The notes: a model not told the origin generated them from the letters alone. A DNA stretch of 63,093 nucleotides, filler included, from Octopus bimaculoides (GCF_001194135.2; 5 parts of 5 records of this genome joined end to end with filler, not necessarily neighbours in it), one strand, 5' to 3'. Counted from the whole stretch's first letter, positions 39,297-51,987 are shown. Translations and numbers: made by a program.

Positions 39297-39545
39297 TGCG
39301 TGTGCATGTGTGTGTGCGTGTGTCTGTGTGTCTGTATTTGTGTTTGTCTGCTGACAGCGCTTGACAACCGTGTTGGTGTGTTTACGTCCCTGTAACTTAG
39401 TGGTTCGGCAAAAGAAACCGATAGAAGAGAACAGCAAGCTTCAAAATATTTAATAAGTCGATTCGTTCGACTAAAATCCTTCAAGGTGGTGCCCCACCAT
39501 GGCCTCAGTCCAATGATTGAAAAAAGTAAAAGAATAAAAGATACA
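39075..39545 (+). mobile_element. tRNA-derived SINE, family A (diverged)
   Basis: Collinear with 36901-37329, with an expanded (TG)n. Confidence 0.8.
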
Positions 39546-39921
39546 TTGAACAAATGTAGTCTCTTTTGCATAAAACGACGGGAGGGGCGTGGCTGGGATC
39601 TCTTAGGGCTGACCTATGTACAAGAGCCGCAGAATTTGAACGCAGCACCACGAGCAATGTAAAGAGAGAAAGGTCGTTGCCAAAAACCTTTGTACGATCA
39701 CTAGCTCAATAAGCTCCAACACTGCTGATGTTCTTATCAACTGAATGCTATTCCGCCATTCCGCTATTCCGATATTTGTTTTTATCAGTAAACAGGGTTG
39801 CTGTTTTTGCCATTCAATTTCTTATAGAATCGGCCACTTTCAGACGATACAACAGCTGTACTAGATATTATATGTGTGTGTGCGCGCTGGAGTTTTATAC
39901 ACACGCACACACGCGACTCTG

Positions 39922-39922
<1 letters not shown>

Positions 39923-40001
<79 letters not shown>

Positions 40002-40075
40002 CAGATAGATAGACTGATAGATAGACTGATAGATAGATAGATAGATAGAGAGAGAGACAGACAGACAGACAGATC
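39923..40075 (+). repeat. (GATA)n/(GACA)n microsatellite
   Basis: Directly visible. Representative of dozens of (TA)n, (CA)n, (CATA)n, (AAT)n and (GAT)n tracts, most flanking N gaps. Confidence 0.95.
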
Positions 40076-40319
40076 GAAATATGTGTGTGTGTGTGTATAC
40101 ACTGTATAACATATATAAATATACACATTAATATACACATATATGCATATGTATATGTTTGTGTGTGTAAATGTATGCACGCATACACACTTACACACAC
40201 ACATATGTGTGTATGGATAAACACAAATATATAGATATATGCATTTGTAGATATATACACATATATTAACGTAGATATATTTTCACATATACATTTCTGT
40301 ACACCGCACCTAACACTCA

Positions 40320-40398
<79 letters not shown>

Positions 40399-41755
40399 NN
40401 NNNNNNNNNNNNNNNNNNNNNNNNNNNNNNNNNNNNNNNNNNNNNNNNNNNNNNNNNNNNNNNNNNNNNNNNNNNNNNNNNNNNNNNNNNNNNNNNNNNN
40501 NNNNNNNNNNNNNNNNNNNNNNNNNNNNNNNNNNNNNNNNNNNNNNNNNNNNNNNNNNNNNNNNNNNNNNNNNNNNNNNNNNNNNNNNNNNNNNNNNNNN
40601 NNNNNNNNNNNNNNNNNNNNNNNNNNNNNNNNNNNNNNNNNNNNNNNNNNNNNNNNNNNNNNNNNNNNNNNNNNNNNNNNNNNNNNNNNNNNNNNNNNNN
40701 NNNNNNNNNNNNNNNNNNNNNNNNNNNNNNNNNNNNNNNNNNNNNNNNNNNNNNNNNNNNNNNNNNNNNNNNNNNNNNNNNNNNNNNNNNNNNNNNNNNN
40801 NNNNNNNNNNNNNNNNNNNNNNNNNNNNNNNNNNNNNNNNNNNNNNNNNNNNNNNNNNNNNNNNNNNNNNNNNNNNNNNNNNNNNNNNNNNNNNNNNNNN
40901 NNNNNNNNNNNNNNNNNNNNNNNNNNNNNNNNNNNNNNNNNNNNNNNNNNNNNNNNNNNNNNNNNNNNNNNNNNNNNNNNNNNNNNNNNNNNNNNNNCGG
41001 GCGGGCGGGGAGAAACGGAAATGGAGGGAGGGCCATGATAAATTCCTTCTCCTCAATTCAATACAAGTTGACCATGTTTTCTGCCTCGTCTTCTTCCATA
41101 TTCTATAACCCTCATTGACTAATCATCGATTTTGGCAATCCTCTTCATTCGCTTTCCTTTTTTTTCTTCTTTCCTTTCTGTCTTTATTTATTTATTTCTC
41201 TCATTCTTCCTTCCTTTCTTTCTTTCTTTCTTTCTTTCACGCTCTCTCTCCGTTTTTTTTTTGTTTTGTTTTACTGTTCTTGACTCTCGTTCGCTCGCTC
41301 TCTGTGCGTGTGTGCGTCTCTGTGTCTGTGTGTGAGTGAGCGTGTGTATTTTTTGTGTATGTGCTTGTGTATGCGTGTATCTGCGTGTAAGTGTGTATTT
41401 GTGTGCGCGCGTATGTGTGTGTGTGTGTGTGTGTCTGTGTGTGTGTGTGTGTGTTCATATGCTTGTGCGTGTGTACGTGTGTGATCTTGTCTATGCATGC
41501 GGGTATGTATGTGTGCGTACGTATGTGTGTATGTGTGTGTTTGTGTATGAGGGTGTATATGTGTATATAAGCGTTTCTATGTGTATGTACGTGTGCGTGC
41601 GTCGGTGTGTGTGTTTGTGTGTGCGTGTGTGCGTACGTGCGTGTGTGTGTGTGCGTGTGTGTGTGTGTGTGTGTATGTGTGTGTTTGTGTGTGTTTCTTT
41701 TCTCGTTTTCCCTTGGAGAATAATACATTGGGGAAACATGATAATGGAAAGGAAG

Positions 41756-41809
<54 letters not shown>

Positions 41810-41947
41810 GTGATGGTGATGATGACGATGAAGGAAGTGGACGTGTCTTTTATGAAGTCGATGTCGGTTGCCACGGAAATCGTTCGATACAATTGTCTGA
41901 ATATCCATCAATCATCGATGCCATTGATGGCTTTTAACTACGACGCC

Positions 41948-42001
<54 letters not shown>

Positions 42002-43404
42002 NNNNNNNNNNNNNNNNNNNNNNNNNNNNNNNNNNNNNNNNNNNNNNNNNNNNNNNNNNNNNNNNNNNNNNNNNNNNNNNNNNNNNNNNNNNNNNNNNNN
42101 NNNNNNNNNNNNNNNNNNNNNNNNNNNNNNNNNNNNNNNNNNNNNNNNNNNNNNNNNNNNNNNNNNNNNNNNNNNNNNNNNNNNNNNNNNNNNNNNNNNN
42201 NNNNNNNNNNNNNNNNNNNNNNNNNNNNNNNNNNNNNNNNNNNNNNNNNNNNNNNNNNNNNNNNNNNNNNNNNNNNNNNNNNNNNNNNNNNNNNNNNNNN
42301 NNNNNNNNNNNNNNNNNNNNNNNNNNNNNNNNNNNNNNNNNNNNNNNNNNNNNNNNNNNNNNNNNNNNNNNNNNNNNNNNNNNNNNNNNNNNNNNNNNNN
42401 NNNNNNNNNNNNNNNNNNNNNNNNNNNNNNNNNNNNNNNNNNNNNNNNNNNNNNNNNNNNNNNNNNNNNNNNNNNNNNNNNNNNNNNNNNNNNNNNNNNN
42501 NNNNNNNNNNNNNNNNNNNNNNNNNNNNNNNNNNNNNNNNNNNNNNNNNNNNNNNNNNNNNNNNNNNNNNNNNNNNNNNNNNNNNNNNNNNNNNNNNNNN
42601 NNNNNNNNNNNNNNNNNNNNNNNNNNNNNNNNNNNNNNNNNNNNNNNNNNNNNNTTTTTTCTCGATTTATAGGATCATGCTCAAAGAGGTATCGTCACTC
42701 GCACGCACCATCTTTGCTACATTCACCCACCTTTTAATGAAACTTTCACGAGACAAAAACTGTCTCTCTATTCTCACCTTCCTTTTCAAGTGATACTTGA
42801 AAAAGTTGATGAGCGATTGGCCAGAGAGGTAAATTTTGGAGGAAGATTACGATCATCGTCATCGTAAGCATGATGGAAGAGGAGAGGGAGGTGGGGGTAA
42901 AAATGAGGAAAAGGAAGCGGTGAAGGTTGACGCGGGCCACCGCAATGGGCGCGTTATAATTTTCGCTTTTGACATTCGTGATGAATTATTTTCGTGAGTT
43001 CTTTGAAACAAGTCTAATTGCTGCCTTAATAAGATTTATAGTGGATTAGACAGAAGCCGTTTAACTGTCGTCGAACCCCATGAAAAGCTTACATGGCATT
43101 ATGTCATCATATCTTTTGTTCACGGAGTAATCAATGGCTTAATGGTTAAGCTGTCTTTCTCTTGATTAAAGAGTATTTTGGATCGTATTCTGTGGTTTAC
43201 TCATTACGGTGTTTAATGAGTAGTGAGTGACAAGAAGACGGCAGTAAAAGTCATACTGGAAAATTGACGATTTTGAACAGACGCTTGGTGTGTACTGTTT
43301 AATCATGTAGTGTTTGTTGTTAATAACTCCTGTTACTTCTGCATTCTAATGATTTCGAACTTCTTAACCACTCGGTTATGGATATTAGAACTCAGTCTCC
43401 AAAG

Positions 43405-43725
43405 ATACTTTGAATATTAACAACGCCTCTAAAGTTTATACAAGTATGACTGCGAACACCTTTAAATCAAAGTTTAATTCCCATACGCACACATTTCGAA
43501 AGTCAAACCGAACAAACGCAACTAAATTTCATTACCTTCGTCATACAACTGGCCATTGATCCCTATCATCAAAAATGAAGTATTTTATCTGGTTATGGCT
43601 TTAATCGTATATCGGGAACAGTAAAACTTCCAATGTTATATTCTACAGTAAGATTCTATATATTCTTTTAAAAAAACTCTATACTAAATTGCGATTCCCA
43701 AAAGTGAACTTTTGCATATAATTTA
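43405..43725 (+). mobile_element. Penelope-like GIY-YIG endonuclease fragment
   Basis: SKVYTSMTANTFKSKFNSHTHTFRKSNRTNAT (cf. YIGxTxxTFKxRFxxHxxSF..NATxLS), then frameshifted. Confidence 0.7.
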
Positions 43726-44231
43726 AGACTTACAGATATTATAAACTGACCATTTACCCACGTCATTGATAACATTTCCTTCCACCAAACGAAGCGGCCT
43801 ACATGCATTTCCTTTACTTCTGATCTACCAACGACCAACTTTAATTGATTAATTAAACTTTTTGTTCTTTACCCTAACATCTCTTATCTTCAACTTAAAC
43901 ATCTATTTTTTCTCTTAGACCATGTTCTATTATTCCTAGGTATGTATGTGCATGTTTATACGTGTGTGTATGTATANNNNNNNNNNNNNNNNNNNNNNNN
44001 NNNNNNNNNNNNNNNNNNNNNNNNNNNNNNNNNNNNNNNNNNNNNNNNNNNNNNNNNNNNNNNNNNNNNNNNNNNNNNNNNNNNNNNNNNNNNNNNNNNN
44101 NNNNNNNNNNNNNNNNNNNNNNNNNNNNNNNNTATATATATAGGGAGAATTCACAAAAAGACAACAGACGAAGACAGGTGGTGTAGAAAACAAACAGATC
44201 TATTACTATAACGCTCCGGAATTGAAAAAGT

Positions 44232-44267
44232 CTTCAACGTTTCGAGCCTACGCTCTTCCACAGAAAG
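44232..44267 (-). ncRNA. Minimal type-I hammerhead-like motif, second family
   Basis: Minus strand CUUU CUGUGGA A GAGC-GUAG-GCUC GAAAC GUU GAAG. One core deviation (A6>U); palindromic AACGUU. Confidence 0.55.
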
Positions 44268-44681
44268 GAACACAGAAAGAAACAAGGAGAGAAAAAAATG
44301 TGTGTAGTGGTCAGCGATCTATCATGGCGAATGCTGTACGTATGTATATGTATTTATGTAAGTTTATATACCTATATATATGTGTGTTCATGTATATGTG
44401 TATGTATGTGTTTATATATATACACATATACATATATATATATAGAGATATATATATACATATATACGTGTATATATATATATATATGTATACACACACA
44501 CACACACACACACACATTATAGTCATTATCTCGTGAAACAGGAGAACAGGGTGCTGTTGTTACTATTTAGGAATTTTTATTTTCTGTCGTTTAGTCTTCC
44601 TTCCGACGTACGATTTGTTTTCATTGTTCATTCCTAACTATTTCTCTCTTCCTCCCAAAGTTACACTTGTGTGTGTGCGTG

Positions 44682-44731
<50 letters not shown>

Positions 44732-44797
44732 NNNNNNNNNNNNNNNNNNNNNNNNNNNNNNNNNNNNNNNNNNNNNNNNNNNNNNNNNNNNNNNNNN

Positions 44798-44836
<39 letters not shown>

Positions 44837-45810
44837 TGTAGTGCTACTGATATGTCTGTTGCTGTTTGTTCACAGATTTAAATATTTTCCACGATCAAAA
44901 GGACAGAAGATACTTTTCGCGTTGGCAAATTATTTATTGTCTAAAAGAAAAGGCAGACATGGGAATACCTCGATTAGTGTATTGTGGTAGGTAATTACTT
45001 TTGTAGCCAATTGTATTTCCGTCAACCGGGTGTCCACTCTCTTATCACACCCACGAGATGTTCTCCGAAATGTATTGATGCTTTTTTCCACTACGAAACT
45101 GGTCCATTCTTGTCGTTAATTTAAGTGTATAGGAACGGTGTTGCATTTGTGGAGTGTGCGGAGGTGGAGGTTGTTTGAGTGAACGCTATGTGGGCTTATA
45201 TATATATGTATATATATATATATANNNNNNNNNNNNNNNNNNNNNNNNNNNNNNNNNNNNNNNNNNNNNNNNNNNNNNNNNNNNNNNNNNNNNNNNNNNN
45301 NNNNNNNNNNNNNNNNNNNNNNNNNNNNNNNNNNNNNNNNNNNNNNNNNNNNNNNNNNNNNNNNNNNNNNNNNNNNNNNNNNNNNNNNNNNNNNNNNNNN
45401 NNNNNNNNNNNNNNNNNNNNNNNNNNNNNNNNNNNNNNNNNNNNNNNNNNNNNNNNNNNNNNNNNNNNNNNNNNNNNNNNNNNNNNNNNNNNNNNNNNNN
45501 NNNNNNNNNNNNNNNNNNNNNNNNNNNNNNNNNNNNNNNNNNNNNNNNNNNNNNNNNNNNNNNNNNNNNNNNNNNNTGTGTGTTTGTGTGTTTGTGTGTG
45601 CATGTATGTGTGTATTTCTGTGTGCGTGTTTCTGTGTGTGTGCGTACGTGCGTGTGTGTGTGCGTGTGTGTGTATGTGTGCGTGTGGGGGGTGCTTGTGT
45701 GTGTATATTTTGGATAAATGGATGGATGGATAGATGCATGTATGTGTGTATGTATATGTATATATATATATATATACTTGTTTGTGCGTGTGTGTTTATA
45801 TACATATATG

Positions 45811-46035
45811 TACGAGGCGGGGTGCTAAAAAGTTCCTAGCTTTAAGGGTACCAAAAAAGGCCTGGTTGGAGGCCCAACTTCCCAAGTTTTTTTACGGGGC
45901 TTAGAAAAACTGAAGGACTACTGAAATAAGTGTGTGAATCTGAAAAGGAAATATGTTGAATAAAATCATAATTAACCGGTTTTCCTGTATTTTCTTTTAA
46001 CCAAAGCCAGGAACTTATCAGCCCCATCCCACGTA
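45811..46035 (+). mobile_element. mariner-derived MITE, second copy
   Basis: Collinear with 23370-23591. A partial third copy lies at 38050-38158 (-). Confidence 0.85.
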
Positions 46036-46039
46036 TAAT

Positions 46040-46357
46040 GAAGGCGATTGGCTTAGTGGTCAGAGTATTTGGTTCACTATCGTAAGATCATGAGTTCGAT
46101 CCCTAGAGGCACATTCTGACCTTGAACAAAGCACTTTATTCCACGTTGCTCCAGCCCACTCAGCCGGCAAGAATGAGTTGTACCTGTAATTCAAACGGCC
46201 AGCCTTGTCGTATACTGTATCACGTTGATTCTCCCTGAGAGCTACGTTAAGGGTGTGCGTATCTGTGGAGTACTCAGACACTTGTGCGTTAATTTCACGA
46301 GCAGGTTGTTCTGTTCATTGGATCAACTGGAACACTCATCGTCGTAATCGACGATGT
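46040..46357 (+). mobile_element. tRNA-derived SINE, family-E-like head with family-B tail
   Basis: TGGCTTAGTGG..GAGTTCGATCC head, CCTTGAACAAAGCACTTTATTCCACGTTGCTCCA block, then CTACGTTAAGGG..TTAATTTCACGAGCAGG..GATCAACTGGAAC as in family B. Confidence 0.7.
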
Positions 46358-46871
46358 ACCAGTTTGTGTGTGTGTATGTATGTATTCATGTTTGTATGTG
46401 TGTGTATGTATGTGTGTGTGTGTGTATGTATGTATATATGTATGTATTTATGTATGCATTATGTATGTATCTATGTATGTATTTATGTATGTATGTATGT
46501 GTGTGTATGTATGTATGTATGTATGTATGTATGTATGCATGTATTATGTATTTATGTATGTATGTATGTATGTATGTATTTATGTATGCATGTATTATGT
46601 ATTAATGTATGTATGTATGTATTAATGTATGTATGTATGTATGTATGTATGTATGTATGTATGTACGCATTTATATGTGCATGTGTATGCGTGTATGTCG
46701 ACAGGGAAGGACCTGATCGTTCCTCAGACGTTTTGGACGCCATGAGTAAAGGTTTGATAAAAGACCATATCTCCAGAGTGAAATTAATGCCTTTGCTTTT
46801 GTTTCTATTTTCGTTTTTCGTTTCTTTCTCCAAGAGGGATTTTTAATTGAAACATATGTTCCATAAAGAGC

Positions 46872-47710
46872 GGGTCTAAGGATCGAGATGTAGGAGGAAA
46901 ATTAGTTTCAAGCAATCCGTAGTAAATATTAAAAAAAACAGCTTTCAGAGACAAAAGTGGTTTATTGAGACCGAAGGTTGTGGATTTTTTTCGTATCGAA
47001 GTACGACAAATTAAAAAAGGGGTCTTTATATTTCACGGTAGGCAACCAGTGTTGCCGAGTATTGGAATAAGAATTGAAGAGCAAAGGAATGAAGCAGATA
47101 AGATCGGGGCTACATTTGTTTCATAGCGAGTGGGACTTCTGAAGTGGTAGATATCCAAGCGAGGTGTATACCATAGGATACTCCTACAAGTTTACATTGT
47201 CGCTAGGAGGTACATGCTAACACATGAAATATTTAATGTCGCAAGGAGGTACATGTTAACACATGAAATATTCAATCAGAATGTATAGAGAACACAGCAG
47301 GAGAGGAGAATATAGATGTAGAATCTACCATGTGCTAACATGTACCTCCTTGCGACAATGTAAACTTTCATTCAATTAAGATGTCCTTGGCTTGTAGGAG
47401 TATCCTATGGTATACACTTTGCTGGGATATTTACCACTTCCGGGGTTCCGTTCGCTATGAAACAAATGTAGCCCGGATCTTATCTTCTCCATTCATTTAC
47501 TCTTCAATTCTTATTCCAATACTTGGCAACACTGGTTGCCTACCGTGAAATATAAAGACAACTTTTTTCAATTTACCGTACTTCCATACGAAAAAAATCC
47601 ACAACCTTCCGTCTCTCAATAAACCACTTTTGTCTCTGAAAGTTGTTTTTTATATTTACTACAGATTGCTTGAAGCTAATTTTCTTCCTACACCTCGATC
47701 CTTGGATCCT
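46872..47710. mobile_element. Foldback element / long-TIR MITE (~840 bp)
   Basis: Left arm ~46872-47226 and right arm ~47329-47710 are imperfect reverse complements (e.g. GGCAACCAGTGTTGCCGAGTATTGGAATAAGAATTGAAGAG / CTCTTCAATTCTTATTCCAATACTTGGCAACACTGGTTGCC). Confidence 0.85.
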
Positions 47711-47720
47711 ATATATGTAC

Positions 47721-47757
<37 letters not shown>

Positions 47758-48644
47758 TATNNNNNNNNNNNNNNNNNNNNNNNNNNNNNNNNNNNNNNNN
47801 NNNNNNNNNNNNNNNNNNNNNNNNNNNNNNNNNNNNNNNNNNNNNNNNNNNNNNNNNNNNNNNNNNNNNNNNNNNNNNNNNNNNNNNNNNNNNNNNNNNN
47901 NNNNNNNNNNNNNNNNNNNNNNNNNNNNNNNNNNNNNNNNNNNNNNNNNNNNNNNNNNNNNNNNNNNNNNNNNNNNNNNNNNNNNNNNNNNNNNNNNNNN
48001 NNNNNNNNNNNNNNNNNNNNNNNNNNNNNNNNNNNNNNNNNNNNNNNNNNNNNNNNNNNNNNNNNNNNNNNNNNNNNNNNNNNNNNNNNNNNNNNNNNNN
48101 NNNNNNNNNNNNNNNNNNNNNNNNNNNNNNNNNNNNNNNNNNNNNNNNNNNNNNNNNNNNNNNNNNNNNNNNNNNNNNNNNNNNNNNNNNNNNNNNNNNN
48201 NNNNNNNNNNNNNNNNNNNNNNNNNNNNNNNNNNNNNNNNNNNNNNNNNNNNNNNNNNNNNNNNNNNNNNNNNNNNNNNNNNNNNNNNNNNNNNNNNNNN
48301 NNNNNNNNNNNNNNNNNNNNNNNNNNNNNNNNNNNNNNNNNNNNNNNNNNNNNNNNNNNNNNNNNNNNNNNNNNNNNNNNNNNNNNNNNNNNNNNNNNNN
48401 NNNNNNNNNNNNNNNNNNNNNNNNNNNNNNNNNNNNNNNNNNNNNNNNNNNNNNNNNNNNNNNNNNNNNNNNNNNNNNNNNNNNNNNNNNNNNNNNNNNN
48501 NNNNNNNNNNNNNNNNNNNNNNNNNNNNNNNNNNNNNNNNNNNNNNNNNNNNNNNNNNNNNNNNNNNNNNNNNNNNNNNNNNNNNNNNNNNNNNNNNNNN
48601 NNNNNNNNNNNNNNNNNNNNNNNNNNNNNNNNNNNNNNNNNNNN

Positions 48645-48700
<56 letters not shown>

Positions 48701-49840
48701 TGTGTGTGTTTGTGTATTTGCGCATTGTGTATGTGCGCATGTATAATGAATGCGTATATTTTTGTATGTTTGTATGTGCGAGTGTGTTTGTGCGTGTGTG
48801 CATGTGTGTGTGCGTGAATGAATGATGTGTGCTTGTGTGTTGTGTATGGGTGTACATTTATGCATGCATGTGTGTGTGTCTGTCTGTGTGTGCATGTGAA
48901 CGATTGTGTGTTGATGTATGCGTGTGTGTCTGCAGATATGTGAGCGATTGTGTGTTGATGTGTGTGTGTGCGTGTGTGTGTTTTATTGTGTAAGCATGTG
49001 CATTTTTATGTAGTTCTGTATGTGCGCGTGCGCATGTGTTTGTGTGTAAAGGTTACGTATTTTGTGGCAGAATATATTTGCTAATATCGATCTCATTACT
49101 CGATTGATACTTATTTTATCGACCCTGCAAAGAGGAGAAACAATTTCGACCTTGGCTGACTTCAAAGACAAACCATAAAGTTATGTATCTTTTCAGACAT
49201 CTTATCAATTCCTTCTCCAAGAATCAGTAAAATAAGTACCGCCATTGTAATATGGTCGATTCGATTTACTATAAACGTTGCCTACAAATGTTTGACTTTC
49301 AGCCAATTCCAGAAATCCTTATTTTTATTTCAAGCATCTCATTTTTCATTGGTTTAGTTTTCGCAATGGCGTCTGTGGCGAGAATTGTAGCAACGAGCCA
49401 CGATCGCCGTAGTGTTTTACATTCAATAAATGTGGAGATCTGACATGTTGATTCCGTAAGAAATTTATGATAGACTTTTCATGTGACCTGTTTGTTTTCA
49501 TAACAAACATGACATGTCTTTTGTGCTTCACAAAAGAAATGTCATAAACGTAATCGATGCGAGGTTTGCGTACATAAAACATCGGAAATCGTGGAATCGA
49601 ATGCGAAAAAACAGATATATAAATCACGCCATTTGTATTATTTTGGTGACGTTTTGTTCAGCCATTGTTATCAATGGCGGACGTTGAGTGAAAACTAGTT
49701 TTGGAAAGAAAACATTGTTTTTTTTTTTTTGGGGGGGGGGNNNNNNNNNNNNNNNNNNNNNNNNNNNNNNNNNNNNNNNNNNNNTTAATTAATTAANNNN
49801 NNNNNNNNNNNNNNNNNNNNNNNNNNNNNNNNNNNNNNNN

Positions 49841-49873
<33 letters not shown>

Positions 49874-51120
49874 TATATATGCCTTTACCAAACAGGTTTT
49901 GGTATCTGATAATATGCCGTAAAGCTAAGCGTATTATGGACCTAAAACCGGCCTTATCTAACTTTATTTATATATGCATGTATGTATGTATATATACACA
50001 CGCATACGCACACGTTAAACCATGGGTGTTTTTGTAATTAAAGTCATGTCGCCTTTGGGCGTTGACAGCAAAATTTATCAAGGATGGGTGACTTGACTAG
50101 ATGCTTACGTCAACACTTCATACCTTACATCATTTTAAATCTTAACGTCAGCCATCTAAGAAAAGAATGTCACAGCCTAGATCTAATCTGAACAGACAAC
50201 TGTCAGAATCACAAAATTAATTATTATTTTTCTTTAACACACACACACACATTCTTTGTTTTGTTCTGTACTATCCACAGCGCTTTGCTTTAATGTAAAC
50301 TCTTTTTGGTTAATAAAGAAATTATCATTATTATGCTGTATTGTGCCCAATCTTTTGTATGAGGCATCAGTGGTTAATAAAGAAAGGGTTATTAAATCAG
50401 AATTGAATCAGTAAATTATGTTTGTTATTTGATGAACTTGCAGAGACAGGGAAAGGTAAATAAATAGATAGATAGCTAGATAGAGAGAGATAGAGAGATG
50501 GAGAGAGAGAGAGAGAAAGGGAGAGAGAGAGAAATCGAGAGAGAGTAAAAGGGAGAGAAAAAGAAAGAAAGGGAGAGAGTATAAAGGTATAAAGAAACTA
50601 GCAGGTGTCCATTTTACGTTTGTGTGTATGTAAATGTGTGTAACTTGAAACGCATGTATCTGTGTATGTAAATGTAACTTGAAATGCCTGTGTGTGTGGT
50701 TAAGTATTGAAATGAAGCTTTGCAGGTAGGAAGGTGGGTATAAATAACTCCCGTGTAAATGAGGCCGTGTGGAATAAAATATTTGTACGTCACTGTACAT
50801 CCTCACATATTGGTGTGTAAACTAATACGGTTGTTGAACGATCAGAAATAGCCAAGCCTTCTCTTTTGTTGTTTGGTCATGAAGTAACAAATAATTGAAT
50901 TGGACGTTGACATGTATATTTATAGATAAATAAATAAATAAATATATATATAAAGGGAAGGACTTAAGTCAAGTTAAACAAAGTTTGGTTACTACATAAA
51001 ACAACTCTGCCCTTTCGAAAAGTTTCGTTTCTTAAGAATAGAAAAGGAATAAAAAGTTGGGTCGTAATTTTCTTTACATGAATAAGGAGTAAATAAAGGT
51101 GAAGAAAGTATCATTTTAAT

Positions 51121-51987
51121 ATGGAAAGAAAGGAAGAAGAAAATAATACAAAGAAAAATGAGGAACAAGAAAATTATCAACAACCAAAGGAAAACCGAAA
51201 GACGGAATCATTTACCAATTCCGGTCAACAAGTTGGTGAATCTCCCACCAGTTTACCAGGATTAGATCGAAAACAGTCTTCCTTATCACAGAAAAACGAA
51301 TTTATTTTGAAAATACATTTGGGTACATCGAATTCCAGTAATGAAAACCCTATTTTAGACAGAATGAATTCTGAAGAAGCTGAACGTATCCCAATACGGA
51401 AAGCAAGAAACACCTCGATGAACAAAAGTGTTAAGGGTAACTATCATGTGGCTATTCAAAGAGATAGACTGGATTCTTACCGATTCTATAAGAACCGCTA
51501 CGAGTCCAGTGAATCTAACGCCCAAACAGTTCGAAAACATTCAGAATCGATTTCAAACGATTATCAAATTGAGAGATCTATGTCTTGTCAAAGTAACCGT
51601 CATGTATCATTGTCACAAACGGCATCAAGTTCTTTTGATGACGATGTATTTGTCGAGGGGGCGAGACTTAAACGATTAGAATCAAATATTTCAGGCACTT
51701 CAACCACTTCAGCTACTTCCACGACCAAAATTTTGGAAAATCCTTACAATAATCTCAATTACAAAATCCACTCTGCTCTGTGGTGTCCATGCTTAATTTT
51801 CTTTTATTTCTGTTGTTGTCCTGGAGTATATTATATGACAAATTCCGATCATCTCTTCAGACAAGACTATCCTGAAAAGGCTAAAAACTCCGCTCGGATA
51901 GCTACAGTTTTATACATCGTTGGAATAATTTTTGCGTTTTTATTTTATTCGGGTCTTTTTGCACTTCTCATCATCTTTCTTGCTTGA
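51121..51987 (+). CDS. Single-exon CD225/dispanin-family (PRRT/SynDIG/IFITM-like) membrane protein, 288 aa
   Basis: Long non-repetitive ORF with an in-frame upstream TGA (51100-51102). The C-terminus has two hydrophobic segments (SALWCPCLIFFYFCCCPGVYYM and IATVLYIVGIIFAFLFYSGLFALLIIFLA) joined by TNSDHLFRQDYPEKAKNSAR, matching the CD225 pattern (CCC-P, then S..A...GD...A...S..A loop, then TM). AATAAA at 52052. Family assigned by eye. Confidence 0.72.
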   Translation: MERKEEENNTKKNEEQENYQQPKENRKTESFTNSGQQVGESPTSLPGLDRKQSSLSQKNEFILKIHLGTSNSSNENPILDRMNSEEAERIPIRKARNTSMNKSVKGNYHVAIQRDRLDSYRFYKNRYESSESNAQTVRKHSESISNDYQIERSMSCQSNRHVSLSQTASSSFDDDVFVEGARLKRLESNISGTSTTSATSTTKILENPYNNLNYKIHSALWCPCLIFFYFCCCPGVYYMTNSDHLFRQDYPEKAKNSARIATVLYIVGIIFAFLFYSGLFALLIIFLA

